A stretch of 64,000 nucleotides of DNA, from contig RSEE01000001.1 in NCBI GenBank assembly GCA_003971905.1, forward strand, positions 1-64,000, written 5' to 3'. This document shows, in pieces, positions 12,926 to 24,372 of this stretch. This DNA comes from Moniliella sp. 'wahieum'. Lineage: Eukaryota. The translations under genes were made by a program, and so were the position numbers. The notes beneath the pieces were generated by a model, which worked only from the letters and a program-made list of their open reading frames with translations, had not been told where the DNA came from and made no database searches. Numbering within the stretch: the stretch's first letter is position 1; the number at the start of each line of letters is the position of its first letter.

Positions 12926-13671
12926 CCTTGGCATTTACAAAAGTGGTGAGTGGTGACCGGTGACCGGCCGGTAAGAGGCAGAGATCGGTGAGATCACCAC
13001 CCTGACGGATACGCTTCGCCGCCACCATCAGCACTCTGCGCGTGCTGATGCCAGCCCCGCCCACCCTCGTATTTTTAGACGGCAATATTAGTGTGGGGGT
13101 ACGTCACCCACGGGATGAAGCCCCCAGGTACCGCGGTTACCAGCGCCAGTCCCCATCATAAAAACCGCCCTCTGTACTTCAGCTCTATTCCATTCAAACA
13201 GATCGCCCCGTCTATCTACTGATGCCCAGCAGTCGCAGCGCATTCAAGGCCGTTTTGTACGGTCGTATATGAGATGGGGAAAGGACGAGGATCTTTTTCA
13301 TCGAGTAGAAAGGGAGCGAGGTATATATGTTTCGGAGAAGAAGAGACATGCGAGCTATGTCATAGTTTGGCTGATCTCGCTCCCATTTCCAATTCTTCGT
13401 CTCGAGCGTCTCGCTCCTTCCCTGTTCCTTCCACTTCGCACCATGTCCTCTGTTCTTGCTTCTTCCCCACGAACGATTGCCACACCCCTTGGCCTAGTCT
13501 GATCCTGGTCTCCCTCGCCTTAGCCCCGACTGTGACCAGCTAAGTCACACGGAGGAAAAGAGGAGCACAATCCAAACGGGGAAAACAGAGTCTAGAACAA
13601 ATCAAGGGGGGCAGACAACTTGATGACAAATGGTGATCAAGTGAGTCTGATCCCGAAACGAAGGGAATGTT

Positions 13672-13792
13672 TACTCTTCGCTCTCCGGTTCGGCATGGGT
13701 CGCTTCACCACCTCAGAGGAGGTTGACTTGGTGGCGGATCAGATTATTGCCGTTTGGTATATGGAGAAGCTGCGGGTGACATTCCCGCTGTG
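13672..13792 (+). pseudogene. Isolated C-terminal fragment of cysteine desulfurase (Nfs1/IscS-like)
   Basis: LRFGMGRFTTSEEVDLVADQIIAV..EKLRVTFPL resembles the conserved Nfs1 C-terminus (SIRFGIGRFTTEEEVD...LRxxSPLW). No other NFS1 sequence is visible on either side. Confidence 0.7.
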
Positions 13793-13951
13793 CCGGAAGT
13801 TCGAGAGGCGAATGCCTATGGATGTGTTTTTGTTAGGTCTTGGAGGGTAGAGGAGAAAAACATGTGATCAGCTCAACACAATGAGATCTGAGAGGCAATC
13901 TTGAAGGTATGCACGGAGGAGTGAAGCCACTGAAGTGCAAGAACAAAAAAA

Positions 13952-14033
13952 CGCCCCACGTGGGACTCGAACCACAACCGTGAGATGGGTCTCGATGTAA
14001 GATCTCAAATTCTACCGATTGAAATAGCGAGGC
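13952..14033 (-). tRNA. tRNA-Lys(CTT)-like gene with ~11-nt intron; degenerate (pseudo-tRNA or read errors)
   Basis: Minus strand reads GCCTCGC TA TTTC AATCGGTA GAAT T TGAGA T CTT A [catcgagaccc] A TCTCA CGGTT GTGG TTCGAGT CCCAC GTGGGGC G, followed directly by a T7 Pol III terminator. It resembles eukaryotic tRNA-Lys-CTT. Confidence 0.75.
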
Positions 14034-15308
14034 TATTGATAGCTGAGAAGCATAGGTGAATCTGTTGTTATATGAGCTATTGAAGAAGATGGGGATAAGA
14101 TGAGCGATAGCTTGGAAAATGATTAAATTGTCCACACAATAGCCTGTTCTGCACCACAGCGTCTTCTCTTCTGTTTTCCCTTCAGATGTGCGGCGGGCCC
14201 ACGCTGCGTTTGGAGTGGCACTAGCTGGCACACCGGCTTGTTTGGCTTGTTCTACGGTGCAATTTCCCTCTGGCTAACCGTGTTCGTACGTTGGTGAATC
14301 ACGCGCCACGCACGCCATCTCATAATTCGAAAGTTGCAGCGGTAGGTTTTTGTGTGGCGTTGCGCCTGCAGCAGCGTTCGCGAGCGGGGTCTAAGCGCAG
14401 TCCAAGCCCAGTTGTTCGGTTTCCACGTATACAGTTCACACAGCTTCACACCCTTGGGATAGCTGTGCACTCGCACTACCGCTCGGGGATGCTTGGTGCC
14501 AGGATGGCCCCGATGATCGATGGCCCCCGTTGGATGTGTGGATTGCCAACGCAGCCAGTGGGAGGCAAGGCAGTCGATGCATCCCCAAGACGGGGCGGAT
14601 GCGGACGGCATGGCGGCCATCCCAGTCAATGCCTGTTCGAGCGCGCGAGGCGAGAGCGGGCGGGCGGGCGTGGCAATTTCAAGTGACGCCGGCGGGGCGG
14701 AATTGGGGTGGCTGGGACCGAAGCAGACGCATTCAACGTTGCGCGTTGCGCGTTGCACGTGGCACGTACACGGCCGGACACAGCTGCCGTGCCGACGGGG
14801 CGTGCGTGGGCGCGTGTGCCTGGGGGGGCAGGGCGGCGGTGGCGAGCAGGCGGGCGGCCGAGTGGCGAGGTGCGGGGGTGCAGGCGTGCGGCCGGGCGCC
14901 CGACACGTGACGCCTGAAAGCAGAGACTGCGGCGCGGCGCCACACGCGGCGGGGGCGCGGGGGCAGTGCGGCAGGAGCGCGCAGCGGGCGCGCTGCAGGG
15001 CGGAGCGGCTGGGCGGCTGACGCAGACGCGTGATGTGTGATGTGTGATGTGTGGGCGCTGAGGCAACGTCAGCGGTGGGGAGGGTGAGGGGGCGTCCGGC
15101 GGACGCGTAGCAGCGGGCAGCCGAGTCGCTCCACCTGGTTCCGCCCTGCTCTGCTCTGCGCTGCTCCGCCTCTCCTGGGCGCCCGCCACCACCACACCAC
15201 CACCTCCGCCTCCCCACGTCCACCACCGCCCCCTCCCTCTCTAACCCTCTCCCCACCCGCTGCCTGCCTGCCTGCGCTGCCCGCCCCGCCACTCGTCGTG
15301 CGCCCGCC

Positions 15309-15742
15309 ATGGCCATCTTTGGCAAGCGCTCCAAGGACAAGGCTGCTGCGGATGCGCACACGCCCTCTGCCCCCAAGAATCCCTTTGGCATCCGCACCCG
15401 CAAGCAGAGCGAAGACTCTTCCTCCCATCCCCGCCCCTCCCCCCCCGCCCCCGCCCTCCTCCCCGACACTCACCGCTCCCACGCCCAGGCTCAGGCCACG
15501 CCGCTCAGGCCCAAGCCCAAGCCCAAGCCCGGCTCAAGCACAAGCACAGGCCCACACCAACGCTCCCTCCCAGGACTGGCCATCCTCGCCTCCCGCCCCC
15601 CTCTCACGCCCCCTGGGCGGATGGGGCGGGGTGGGGCCCGAGCCCACCTCCCCTCTGGGCCAGGGCCCCAAGAACATGGCCATGCAGCTGGCAGCAACAG
15701 CAACAGCAAACACAACGCACAGCAAACAGCAACAGCAACAGC

Positions 15743-15781
<39 letters not shown>

Positions 15782-18700
15782 TCGCAGCCGCCACGCCATC
15801 GACAGCACCCTGTTGCCTATCCCTGGAGTCTCCGCCAGCTGTCCGTTAATCCGCCCCTCCTTCTCGACCCCTTGCAGCATACGCTTGTTTCCCAGCCCCA
15901 GCCCCTTTCCCGAGGTACGGCCTGACAGCCAACCAGATGGCCAGTGCGCACGGAGAGGTGTACGTGTTTGGCGGCCTCGTCTCCGAGGCTGTCATAACGA
16001 TTGTACATATATCAATGTGGAGCAGTCATGCAACCTCCTTCGCTGCCCGTCTCATCAGCCACACCGTTGTCCCTCCAGCCGGTTCAGGGCGGCGTTGCTG
16101 CGACCCAAGTCCAGTCTTCGGGTGACGTCCCTCCCGCCCGCGTGGGGCATGCGACGGTGCTGGTGGCCAATGTGCTCATCCTCTGGGGCGGCGACACCAA
16201 GGTGGCCGCCGACGATGTGCAGGGCGGGCTGTATCTGCTCAACCTGACCAATCGCGAATGGACGCGTGTGGCCAGTTCTGCTTCCGACCCGGACGCCTGC
16301 CCTGTGGGGCGGTTGGCCACACGCTCTCCGTAGTGGGCAACAAGGTGATTGTGTTTGGAGGCCAAGTGGATGGACTCTTCCTCAACGACCTTTGGAGCTT
16401 TGACCTGACGACGCTCAAAAGTAGCCCCCGATGGAACGGATCGTGCCGCAGTCGGAGCTGCCGCATGCGCGGACGGGCCACGCGTCGGTCACGTACCACG
16501 ACAAGATCTATATTTTGGCGGTACCGACGGCCAGTACCACTACAAGGATACGTGGGTGTACGATGTGCCGAGCAACACCTGGTCCGAGGTCTCGTGCATT
16601 GGCTACATCCCCAACCCGCGCGAGGGCCACGCTGCTTGTTTGATGGGCGATGTCATGTACGTCTTTGGCGGCCGCGGTGTGGACGGCAAAGACTTGGGCG
16701 ATCTGTCCAGCTTCAAGATCTCCAACAGCCGGTGGTACATGTTTGCCAACATGGGCCCCGCTCCCTCGGGACGGTCGGGCCACGTGATGACGACGTACCA
16801 GGACAAGATTGTCGTCTTGGGCGGCGAGTCCTTCACGGGCGGAAAGGCGGACATCCCAACGTTGTTCATGTGCTGGACACGGGGCGGTCAGTACCCGTCC
16901 GAGACGTCCAGTCGCCTCCGACCCCTGCTGCTTCCCAAACGGGGCCCTCGCCCGCGGGTACAAGCATGCCTGCCCCGCGGCCCGGACCCAGTCCGCCCAA
17001 TGTGCTGGCGGGTGTGACGAATGGGGATGACCAGCCCCCCTCCCGCGCCCGCATGGCCAGTCCCCCCCCAGCCCAACGGCTCGCCAGCCCGCCTCCCGAC
17101 CGGGTGGCCAGTCCTGGCCAAGTTGGGCTGGCTGGGACCGGGCCGAAGGAGAATGCGGCGTCCGACTGGCCCAGCCGGACCGTGTCCCCTCCTACTGCTG
17201 CCTCTGGGTCTGGGAGCAATGGTCATTTCGCTGGCGCAACGACGGGCCGGACCAAAGGTCCGTCGACTCGTCCGTAGTGAGTTATGCCTCTCGTACTGCC
17301 TCTCCTCACGCCGCCACCTCGACCCCAGCCACGACGACCGCTGCGCATACTACCGGCGCGCAGCACATTTCTTCCCCCGGTCTGCCCACCGGCTCCTCTC
17401 CGACCAACCCCTCTCCCACCGCATCGGCATCGGCGTTCGCTCCGGCCGCGCGCTCGGCGCGGATCAAACGTCCAACGACAGCTTGGCCGACGAACGTCGC
17501 CTGCAAAGTCCTACCGCCCGACGCTCCACGAACGACAACCCGCGCATGCAGCCAGTGCATCGGCCACCGGCGTGCCCGACCGCATCTTCTCTCCCGCCTC
17601 GGCGCAAGGGGGCGAGATACCTTCGCCTGTTTCGGCCCGCTCTGCCCCGGCTCCCACCCGGTCTTCGCCTACTGCCGAGGTGGAGGTACTGCGCAAGCGC
17701 GAGACGTGGCTCAAGACGGCGTTGGCGGTGGCGATCAAAAGGGGTTCATCTCCTCTGACACGTTGCCCGACGCACCCGACCCCGCTGCCCTTCCGATCTG
17801 GCCAATATCGATCCCGGTCCCCAAGGCTCAGACAAGGCGCAGATCCTACAGGGTCTGCTCACTCTCAAAACCCAGCTGGCCCAAGCGCAGGTACGTGTTT
17901 TTTCCTGGTTTCTCTACCTCTTCTTCTTCTTTTTCCCCTCCCTCTCTCTCTTCGGGGCGGCGTACTAACCTTGTTGACGTAGAGTACGATTGCCGCCCAG
18001 GCCGCGGTGGAAAGCGAGACGGTGGCCGGGGCGGAGGCGAGCCGTGTGGCGGCGCTGAAAGAAGCGGCCTGGTACCGGTCCAAGCTGACTGCGTACGAGC
18101 GGGGCCATCGGTCCGAGTGGCGCAGTTGGAGCGGGAACGAACGACGATGTTGGAGTCGCATCTGACGCGGGGCGTTGGAGACAAGGTGTCACTCGAGCGC
18201 CAATTGGCCTCGCTGCGCGAAGAGGCCAAGTTAAAACCTTGTTGCGCGTTCGACCAACGAGCGGCTGGGGCAGACGAGCCACGCGCGATGGCCGCCGAGC
18301 AAGCGCAGCTGCAAGTCCACGAGCAGATTGCCGAGATGCAAAAGCGTGCGTATGCAGCAGAGAGTGCGCTGCGAGAGCAGACGGAGCGCGCGGTGACGCT
18401 CAGTGCGTTGCTGGACCAGGAACGGGCGGAGCATAGCCAGACGCGCAGCGCGCGGGACGACGCCACGCACCTAACCAGCGTCCAGGGCGACAGCCTGCTG
18501 CAGCTCCGCGCTCGCTCAGCGCCACCAGTGCCCGTGCGGAAGAACACCAGCGGCTCTATGTCCAGCACCGCGACCTGGCCCAGACCCATCAGCAGAGCCT
18601 CAGCACGCTGCAGGCGCAGCTGGACCAGCGCGCGCACGACGCGCAGCTGGCCGACCAGCGCATCTCGGAACTGGAGCGCTTGCTCGCTGCCGCCGAGGCC

Positions 18701-19942
18701 GAAGCGACGGCGCACCCGCCTGGCCAGTGCCACGGGCTGAGCCAAGTGCTGCAAACCAGGGACATGGTCGCGCAGCGGGCGGCCGGGAACGCGGTGCCGC
18801 CCGAGTGGAAGAGAAGCTGCATACGCTGGAGGAAGAGGTAGGGTCGTTGCAGGAGATGCATGTTGCCTCTCGTCGCGCTGTGGACGAGGCAACAGGCGAA
18901 CTGGTGCTGGTGCGCGATCGCAATATGGCCCTGGAAAAGCAGCATGCCGGACTGCAATCGGAGCTGGACGTGGTGCGTGCCCAGCTGGCGATTGCGCTGC
19001 AAGAGCTGCCAGCTGAAGGATAAAGCGGCGACCAAGGCAGTCGAGCTACGCCAGACGGCACGCAAAGCCGAAGGCAGCCAGATCAAACTCGAGTTGCTCC
19101 GGCAGCACATGGCGCAGCACGGTCTGCCTTCCCCGTCGGACGATGACGCAGCGTCCGAAGGCACGGTCGAGGCGCAGCTGCTTGCGCTGCAGCGCGAGGC
19201 CGACGAGGCGACGCGTGTCGCGACCGAGATGCGCAACCAGCTCGCCGATGCCAATGTGCGCATCGACACGTTGCAGCGCGAGCTGGCGCACGGGGCGGAC
19301 CCAGCGGCGCTGGACGAGGCGGTGCGCAGGGCGGAGCGCAGCGAGCGCGAGTTAACCGAGTCGACGCAATCCTACAAGGACCGCATGGCGCAGTTGGAGA
19401 ACGACTATTACGCTGCGGTTTCCTTTGTCAAGGGTGCGAGAAGATGCTGCGGACGATGCGGTCGGAACTGGCGCGGAGCAAGCAGGAGAATGGGCAGCTG
19501 CAGGAGCAGCTGGAGCAGCTCAAGACCCTGGCTCCCGACGCGCCCCGTCCTGGCTCGGGGGCAGGCGAGGGTGAAGGCGAAGGCGAGGACGAGGGAAAGC
19601 GACAGGACTTGGCGGTGCTCGAGGCGCGTGGCGTCGCTCTCGTCAGCTCACCAGGAGGTGACGACGGAGAACCGCGAGCTGGAGCGCCGGTTGGCTGTGC
19701 TCATCTCGGAGCAGAAGGAGGCGTACGACCGCCACCGCGCCCATCTCGATGCCGCGACCGAGGCCGGGCGGCGGGCACAAGGACTGGAGGGTCAGCTGGC
19801 GTCGCTGGAGGATGCACTGGCGGACGCGGCAGGAACTGCAGAGCACCCTTGCGCTCAACCAACACCTCACCCGCGAGCTCGCTGGCAGCTCGCGGCATCG
19901 GCGCCCGCCAGGACCGTTTCCTCCCTGACGGGGACCTACTAA
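15309..19942 (+). CDS. Kelch-repeat cell-polarity protein with C-terminal coiled coil (Tea1/Kel1-like)
   Basis: SPSPFPRYG, EVYVFGGLV, PPARVGHA..VLILWGGDT, GHTLSVVGNKVIVFGGQ, ARTGHASV, PNPREGHAACLMGDVMYVFGGRG, MGPAPSGRSGH. These are followed by a Pro/Ser-rich linker and long heptad-rich coiled coils (AQLENDYYAAVSFVKG). There is an intron at ~17891-17982. Confidence 0.88.
15735..15780 (+). repeat. (CAGCAA)n poly-Gln microsatellite in the kelch protein N-terminus
   Basis: Directly visible cagcaacagcaacagcaa tract. Confidence 0.85.
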
Positions 19943-20765
19943 TGGCGTCTAACCCCTCCTGGATGGCCATCGACACGCGCCTTGCTATCTACTTCTCGCT
20001 TCGTACTCCTCCTCCCTCTCTCCCTCCCTCCCTCCCTCCACCTCCTTTCCGCTCTGCCGCACGGCTGCCCGCACTCTCTATCCAGATGCAGCGTGATACC
20101 TTCGCTTGTCACATGCCATCCATCCTGGGGCCGTTGGTGGCCCTCCTGTGGAGCGGGGCCGGTCCCCGGCTTCTCCAATGTCCCTTGTCCATGTTTGTTG
20201 GATCTTGTCTTTTGCCTTTTGTTGGCCCATGGACGCGGCGTGGGTGCTTGCGGTGCGCGAGCTGGTACCTGGCCAGCCTGTGGACCGAGCGCTCTCCTTT
20301 GCTCCTCCACTCCACTCCTTCGCTCCTTCGCTCCTTCCTCCTTCCTCTTCTGCTTCTGCTCCTGACGAAACCGACCTCGACTTGAGTGGCCAATACGTCC
20401 CATACCCTTGCTCGTCTTCTCATCCCCCCTCGCCGGCGCGGTTAGCGCAGCGCGAATCGGACGTAGTCGGACGTAGCGTGTCGTAGACAACGGGTGGACT
20501 GGCTTGCCCGGCACCGGCACCGTACCGGCACCGAGGATGCATCGATGATTCGTAGGCCAGCCAGTCGAGGTAATTTTGACAAGTACTCAGTACTACTCAC
20601 GCGCAGCATGCTGAGCCCTGGGCAGGGTTAGGGTTATCCTTACGCTGGACCGCCCCCAGCGTTGGTTGGTCGCGTCGTGTTCTCCATCTCCTCCAATCTG
20701 CTTTCGCAGCTCCTCGGACTCACCTTAACCACTCGCCACTCGCCACTCGCCACTCGCCACCGCCC

Positions 20766-22155
20766 ATGCCGCCCACCAAGCTCGGACGACCATCACAGCC
20801 ATCTAAGCTGCGGCAGTCCACACCTAGTACGTCCCTGGAAATGCTTGCCTTCCTCTCCCAGAGTACTCACCCACCCTCCCTTGCCACCCACCAGCGAGGG
20901 GGAGGAACAAGACCAAGCGCAATCCCCAGACCAATCCCAAGACCAAGATCAAGACCAAAACTCTGACCAAGATCAAGACCAAGATCAAGACCAAGACCAA
21001 GATGTGGGCAGCCCGCGCTCCCCTTCCCGCTCCTCCGACAAGGACATGGACGAGCCTTACGCGCGAAGAGAGGATGGTGGAGAGGGGGTACGAGGGGGAG
21101 GAGGATGAGTTGGACGGAGCGAGCGATCTCGTCGGATGAGACGAGCAAGCGATCGCCCTCATTGAGGTCAAGGTCATGCGGAGCACGCCTACGCCTACGC
21201 CTACGCCCATGCCCGCCCGCACACTGCACCGAAAGAGCTTCCGAATATCGGTCGAAGGGCAAGAGCCCAGTGTCCAAAAGGAAGGGTAGGAAACAAGGTA
21301 GGTCGTCGCCAGCCAGTTGATCGATATGCGCGAGCACCGAGCACTGACGTTTTGTCCGTTTTTGTCCGTTTTATCTCAGATGAGGACGAGTCGGACTTTG
21401 ATTCGGACGAGGAGGGGGAAGTTTCCTTCTCGACGCACAAGACGGCGCGTCAGTTGGCTGCAGGCAACGAGGGCAGGCAGGGAGGAGATCTGCATGAGCT
21501 GGGGCGGGTGGAGAAGAAGTCCAAGTACGATGGTCTGACCGAATCGGAAATTGCGCTGCGGAGGGAAGAGAATGCGCACGGAGAAAGAACCAGACCGACC
21601 AGCGGCTGGAGGAGGAGAAACAAGAGGTACGGTTCACGTTCACGCTCACGTTCGCGTTATCTTGCGTGGCGCCCGGGCTCGCTAGGATTAGTGACTTTGG
21701 AGTGCTGACTGCCTGTCGGGACGCATGATACCAGACCATCAACCGTCTGCTCAACAACAAGTTAGCGCTCGCGCAAACAAACTCGGTGGTCGAGGGCCGG
21801 GAGACGAGGGCGAGTCGCCTGGCCCGAGTCGCGCGCGTCGTTGAAGCGCCGCACGCCCATGCCGCCTCCCACTCACATGTTCCGCTACTCGTCACAGCCG
21901 CGGGGCGCGGCTGAGCTGCCGCTGCCCGCCGCCGAGGCGGGAGGGAGAGTGGATGACTATGCTGCCGCCTGGGCTGCGGTGTTTGAGCAGCGCCGTCCGG
22001 CCCCGGCGAGTCGACGTAAGAGACAGGACAAAAGGATGCTCGATGATCGATACGGATGTACTGATAGGTGGGAAGAGTTGGGGCAGCGCCATGGGGAGCA
22101 GGGCAGATTGCAGGAGCCCCTGCTAATTCCGCCTCTGGAGCGCAACGCCAGTTGA
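20766..22155 (+). CDS. IES2: INO80 complex subunit Ies2-like (PAPA-1 domain); introns ~21298-21379 and ~21627-21734
   Basis: Acidic DQ-repeat N-terminus, KTARQ, and LTESEIALRREENA(RRR)KNQTDQRLEEEKQE|TINRLLN, the typical PAPA-1 segment reassembled across an intron and frameshifts. Confidence 0.75.
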
Positions 22156-22307
22156 CACAATAGATTCGAGTGCGAGATCGAGCAAATACTTTTTTTGGCC
22201 TGGCTTATTTATTACGGGGCCTGCCGATTGGCGTGGGACGGATCGGGGTGCCGGTGGCCAACCAACGCTCAACGTTCAACTGAACGCCGCCCATCGACGC
22301 CGCAACC

Positions 22308-24312
22308 ATGCTGCCGTCGCTCCGGCCATCACGGCGGCTGGTTGGGCCGCCCGAAGCGCACTCGCGCCGGTTGGTCTGCGGCACGGGCGGCTTGGCCTGC
22401 GACTGCGTCCGCCGGGACTGGGGATTGGTGCGCAAGGCCGCTACGGCGCCTGGCCAGCACAGCGAGCAGCGACCCCAGTCCCACTCCAAGTCCCAGCCCC
22501 AGTCCCAGTCCCAGTCCCAGCCCCCCCCGCCCCCGCCTCCGCCCCCGGCTTGGTGAGTGGCGTGGGACCGCTGCACTCCAAGACGGGGCTCTTGCTTCGT
22601 TGCACCATCTTTGACCGCAACGGCACGGCGCGTGTGGTCAGTGGTACCTTTGACAAGTCCGCGCTGTGTGCGAGCATGGACTGGAGGTGCGGGACCTGCG
22701 CAAAATCGATTCGCGCGTGCCCAACGTTGTCCCCACCATCCTCGCTCGTCGTGGCACGTTCATGGTCAATGTGCTGCACATCCGCGCGCTCGTCAAGCAC
22801 GACACGGTCCTGCTTTTTGATGGGTACGTTTCTTTTTTGCTTTTGCTTCTGTATCCTGGTGGGCGTGCTGTAGCTGACGCTACAAGGGCAGGTACGGCGC
22901 ATCGAATACTCAACTACACAGCGCGTTTGTATACAATCTCGAGCACAACCTGCGTCTCTCCAAAGTCCGGCATGCCGGGGAACGGGTTACGGAAGATTTG
23001 CCGTATGAGTTTCGTGCACTCGAGGCCATCTTGGCAAGTGTTCTGGAGGCCCTGCACATTGAGCTCGAGGGGATTCGCCAACTCGTCTTTTCTCTCCTCT
23101 CTTCCCTCGACCAAACATTGATCGTGAAAAGTTGAGGGCACTGTTGGCGTACCGGCGCAAAGTGGGCGACCTCTTGTCCCGCTCGCGGGGCGTCAAGGGA
23201 GCTGTGGCTGAGGTATTGGAGCGACGAGGATATGGCCTTGATGCATCTTACGGATGCGGCCCATGGTCACCCTCGTACAGCTCAAAGTTTGGCGTGGCAA
23301 TACGACTCGCTCGAACTGCTGCTCGAGTCCTTTGACAAGCAGCTGGAAGAAGTCATTAGCTATACCGAGCAGATGCAGGACAACATTGGTGGGACGCAGG
23401 AAATTGTGGAACTCATCCTGGACTCGAACCGCAACCAGCTGCTCGCACTCGAATTGCACGTATCGATTGCCACGCTCGGCTTTACCGGGGGTGCGCTGAT
23501 CGCCTCGTTCTTTGGCATGAACCTGTACACGGGCTTGGAGGAGAACGCGATTGCGTTTGTCACGGTCAGTGCCTCCTCCCTTGGTCGTCGGCTTGTCCTC
23601 CATGGCTGGGATACGGAAGATCAGCAAGATTCAGCGGGTCGGACTGGGCAGTGCGCGTCGTTCACCACTGCTCTTGCCCGTGATGAGACTGCAATCGTCC
23701 CAGATCGCCCCCTGGTCCCACACGGCGGTGGCACAAAATGCAGCAGCCGGCTACGCTGCCGGTGGGCCCAACCCGTTCCTGAACTCGTCTCTGACCGGCG
23801 CGGCCCCTGCGGCGTCGGCCCCTGCGGCGTCTGCGAGAGCTGGCGAGCCGAGCGGATCCAAGCCCACCTTCTCCTCCCACGTCCACTTTGCTTGGCCACA
23901 TGGATACGCCTACAGCCCCCAGTCCCGAGGAGGGTGGTGGCACCGCATCCGTTCTCGATTGCCGCGGGGTCGCTCCCCTCATACGCCGGTACCGCGCCCG
24001 GCGGGATGGATAGGTGTGCCTACCAGCCCTGTCGTTCCGCCTTCCACGCCGGTCTCGTCCGAACTGGTGGGGGCCAAGGCATGGATCAAGACGTTGTTGT
24101 TTGGGCCCGAGCCGCCCACAGGAGAGAACACGCCGCTGGCGCCTTCGGATGCATGGGCCACCACCTACCCTGGCCCGCTCAGTCGTCCCGATTGGGTTCC
24201 GGAGTATTCCCCCTTGATTGGAGCCGGGTATAGCTCGAATCGGTGGGGAAGTTCGCGTGCGTCCAAGCGTGCGGCAGCGAACGAGCGGCAGCACGGACAC
24301 GATGGTAAGTAG
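22308..24312 (+). CDS. MRS2: Mitochondrial inner-membrane Mg2+ channel, CorA/Mrs2/Lpe10 family; intron 22824-22891
   Basis: LRCTIFD, HGLEVRDLRKID, PTILAR, LHIRALVKHDTVLLFD, LPYEFRALEAIL, LELLLESF, LILDSNRNQLLALEL, and the GMN signature FFGMNLYTGLEE. Long C-terminal tail. Confidence 0.88.
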
Positions 24313-24372
24313 CCCCCACCCCTCTTTTTGGCATTGTCTCGATCTGTATACTGCACATGCACATGTATATCC

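Noticed and set aside
20625..20636. AGGGTTAGGGTT as an interstitial telomere or chromosome-fusion scar
   Set aside because: Only about two units long; better explained as a promoter telobox or chance.
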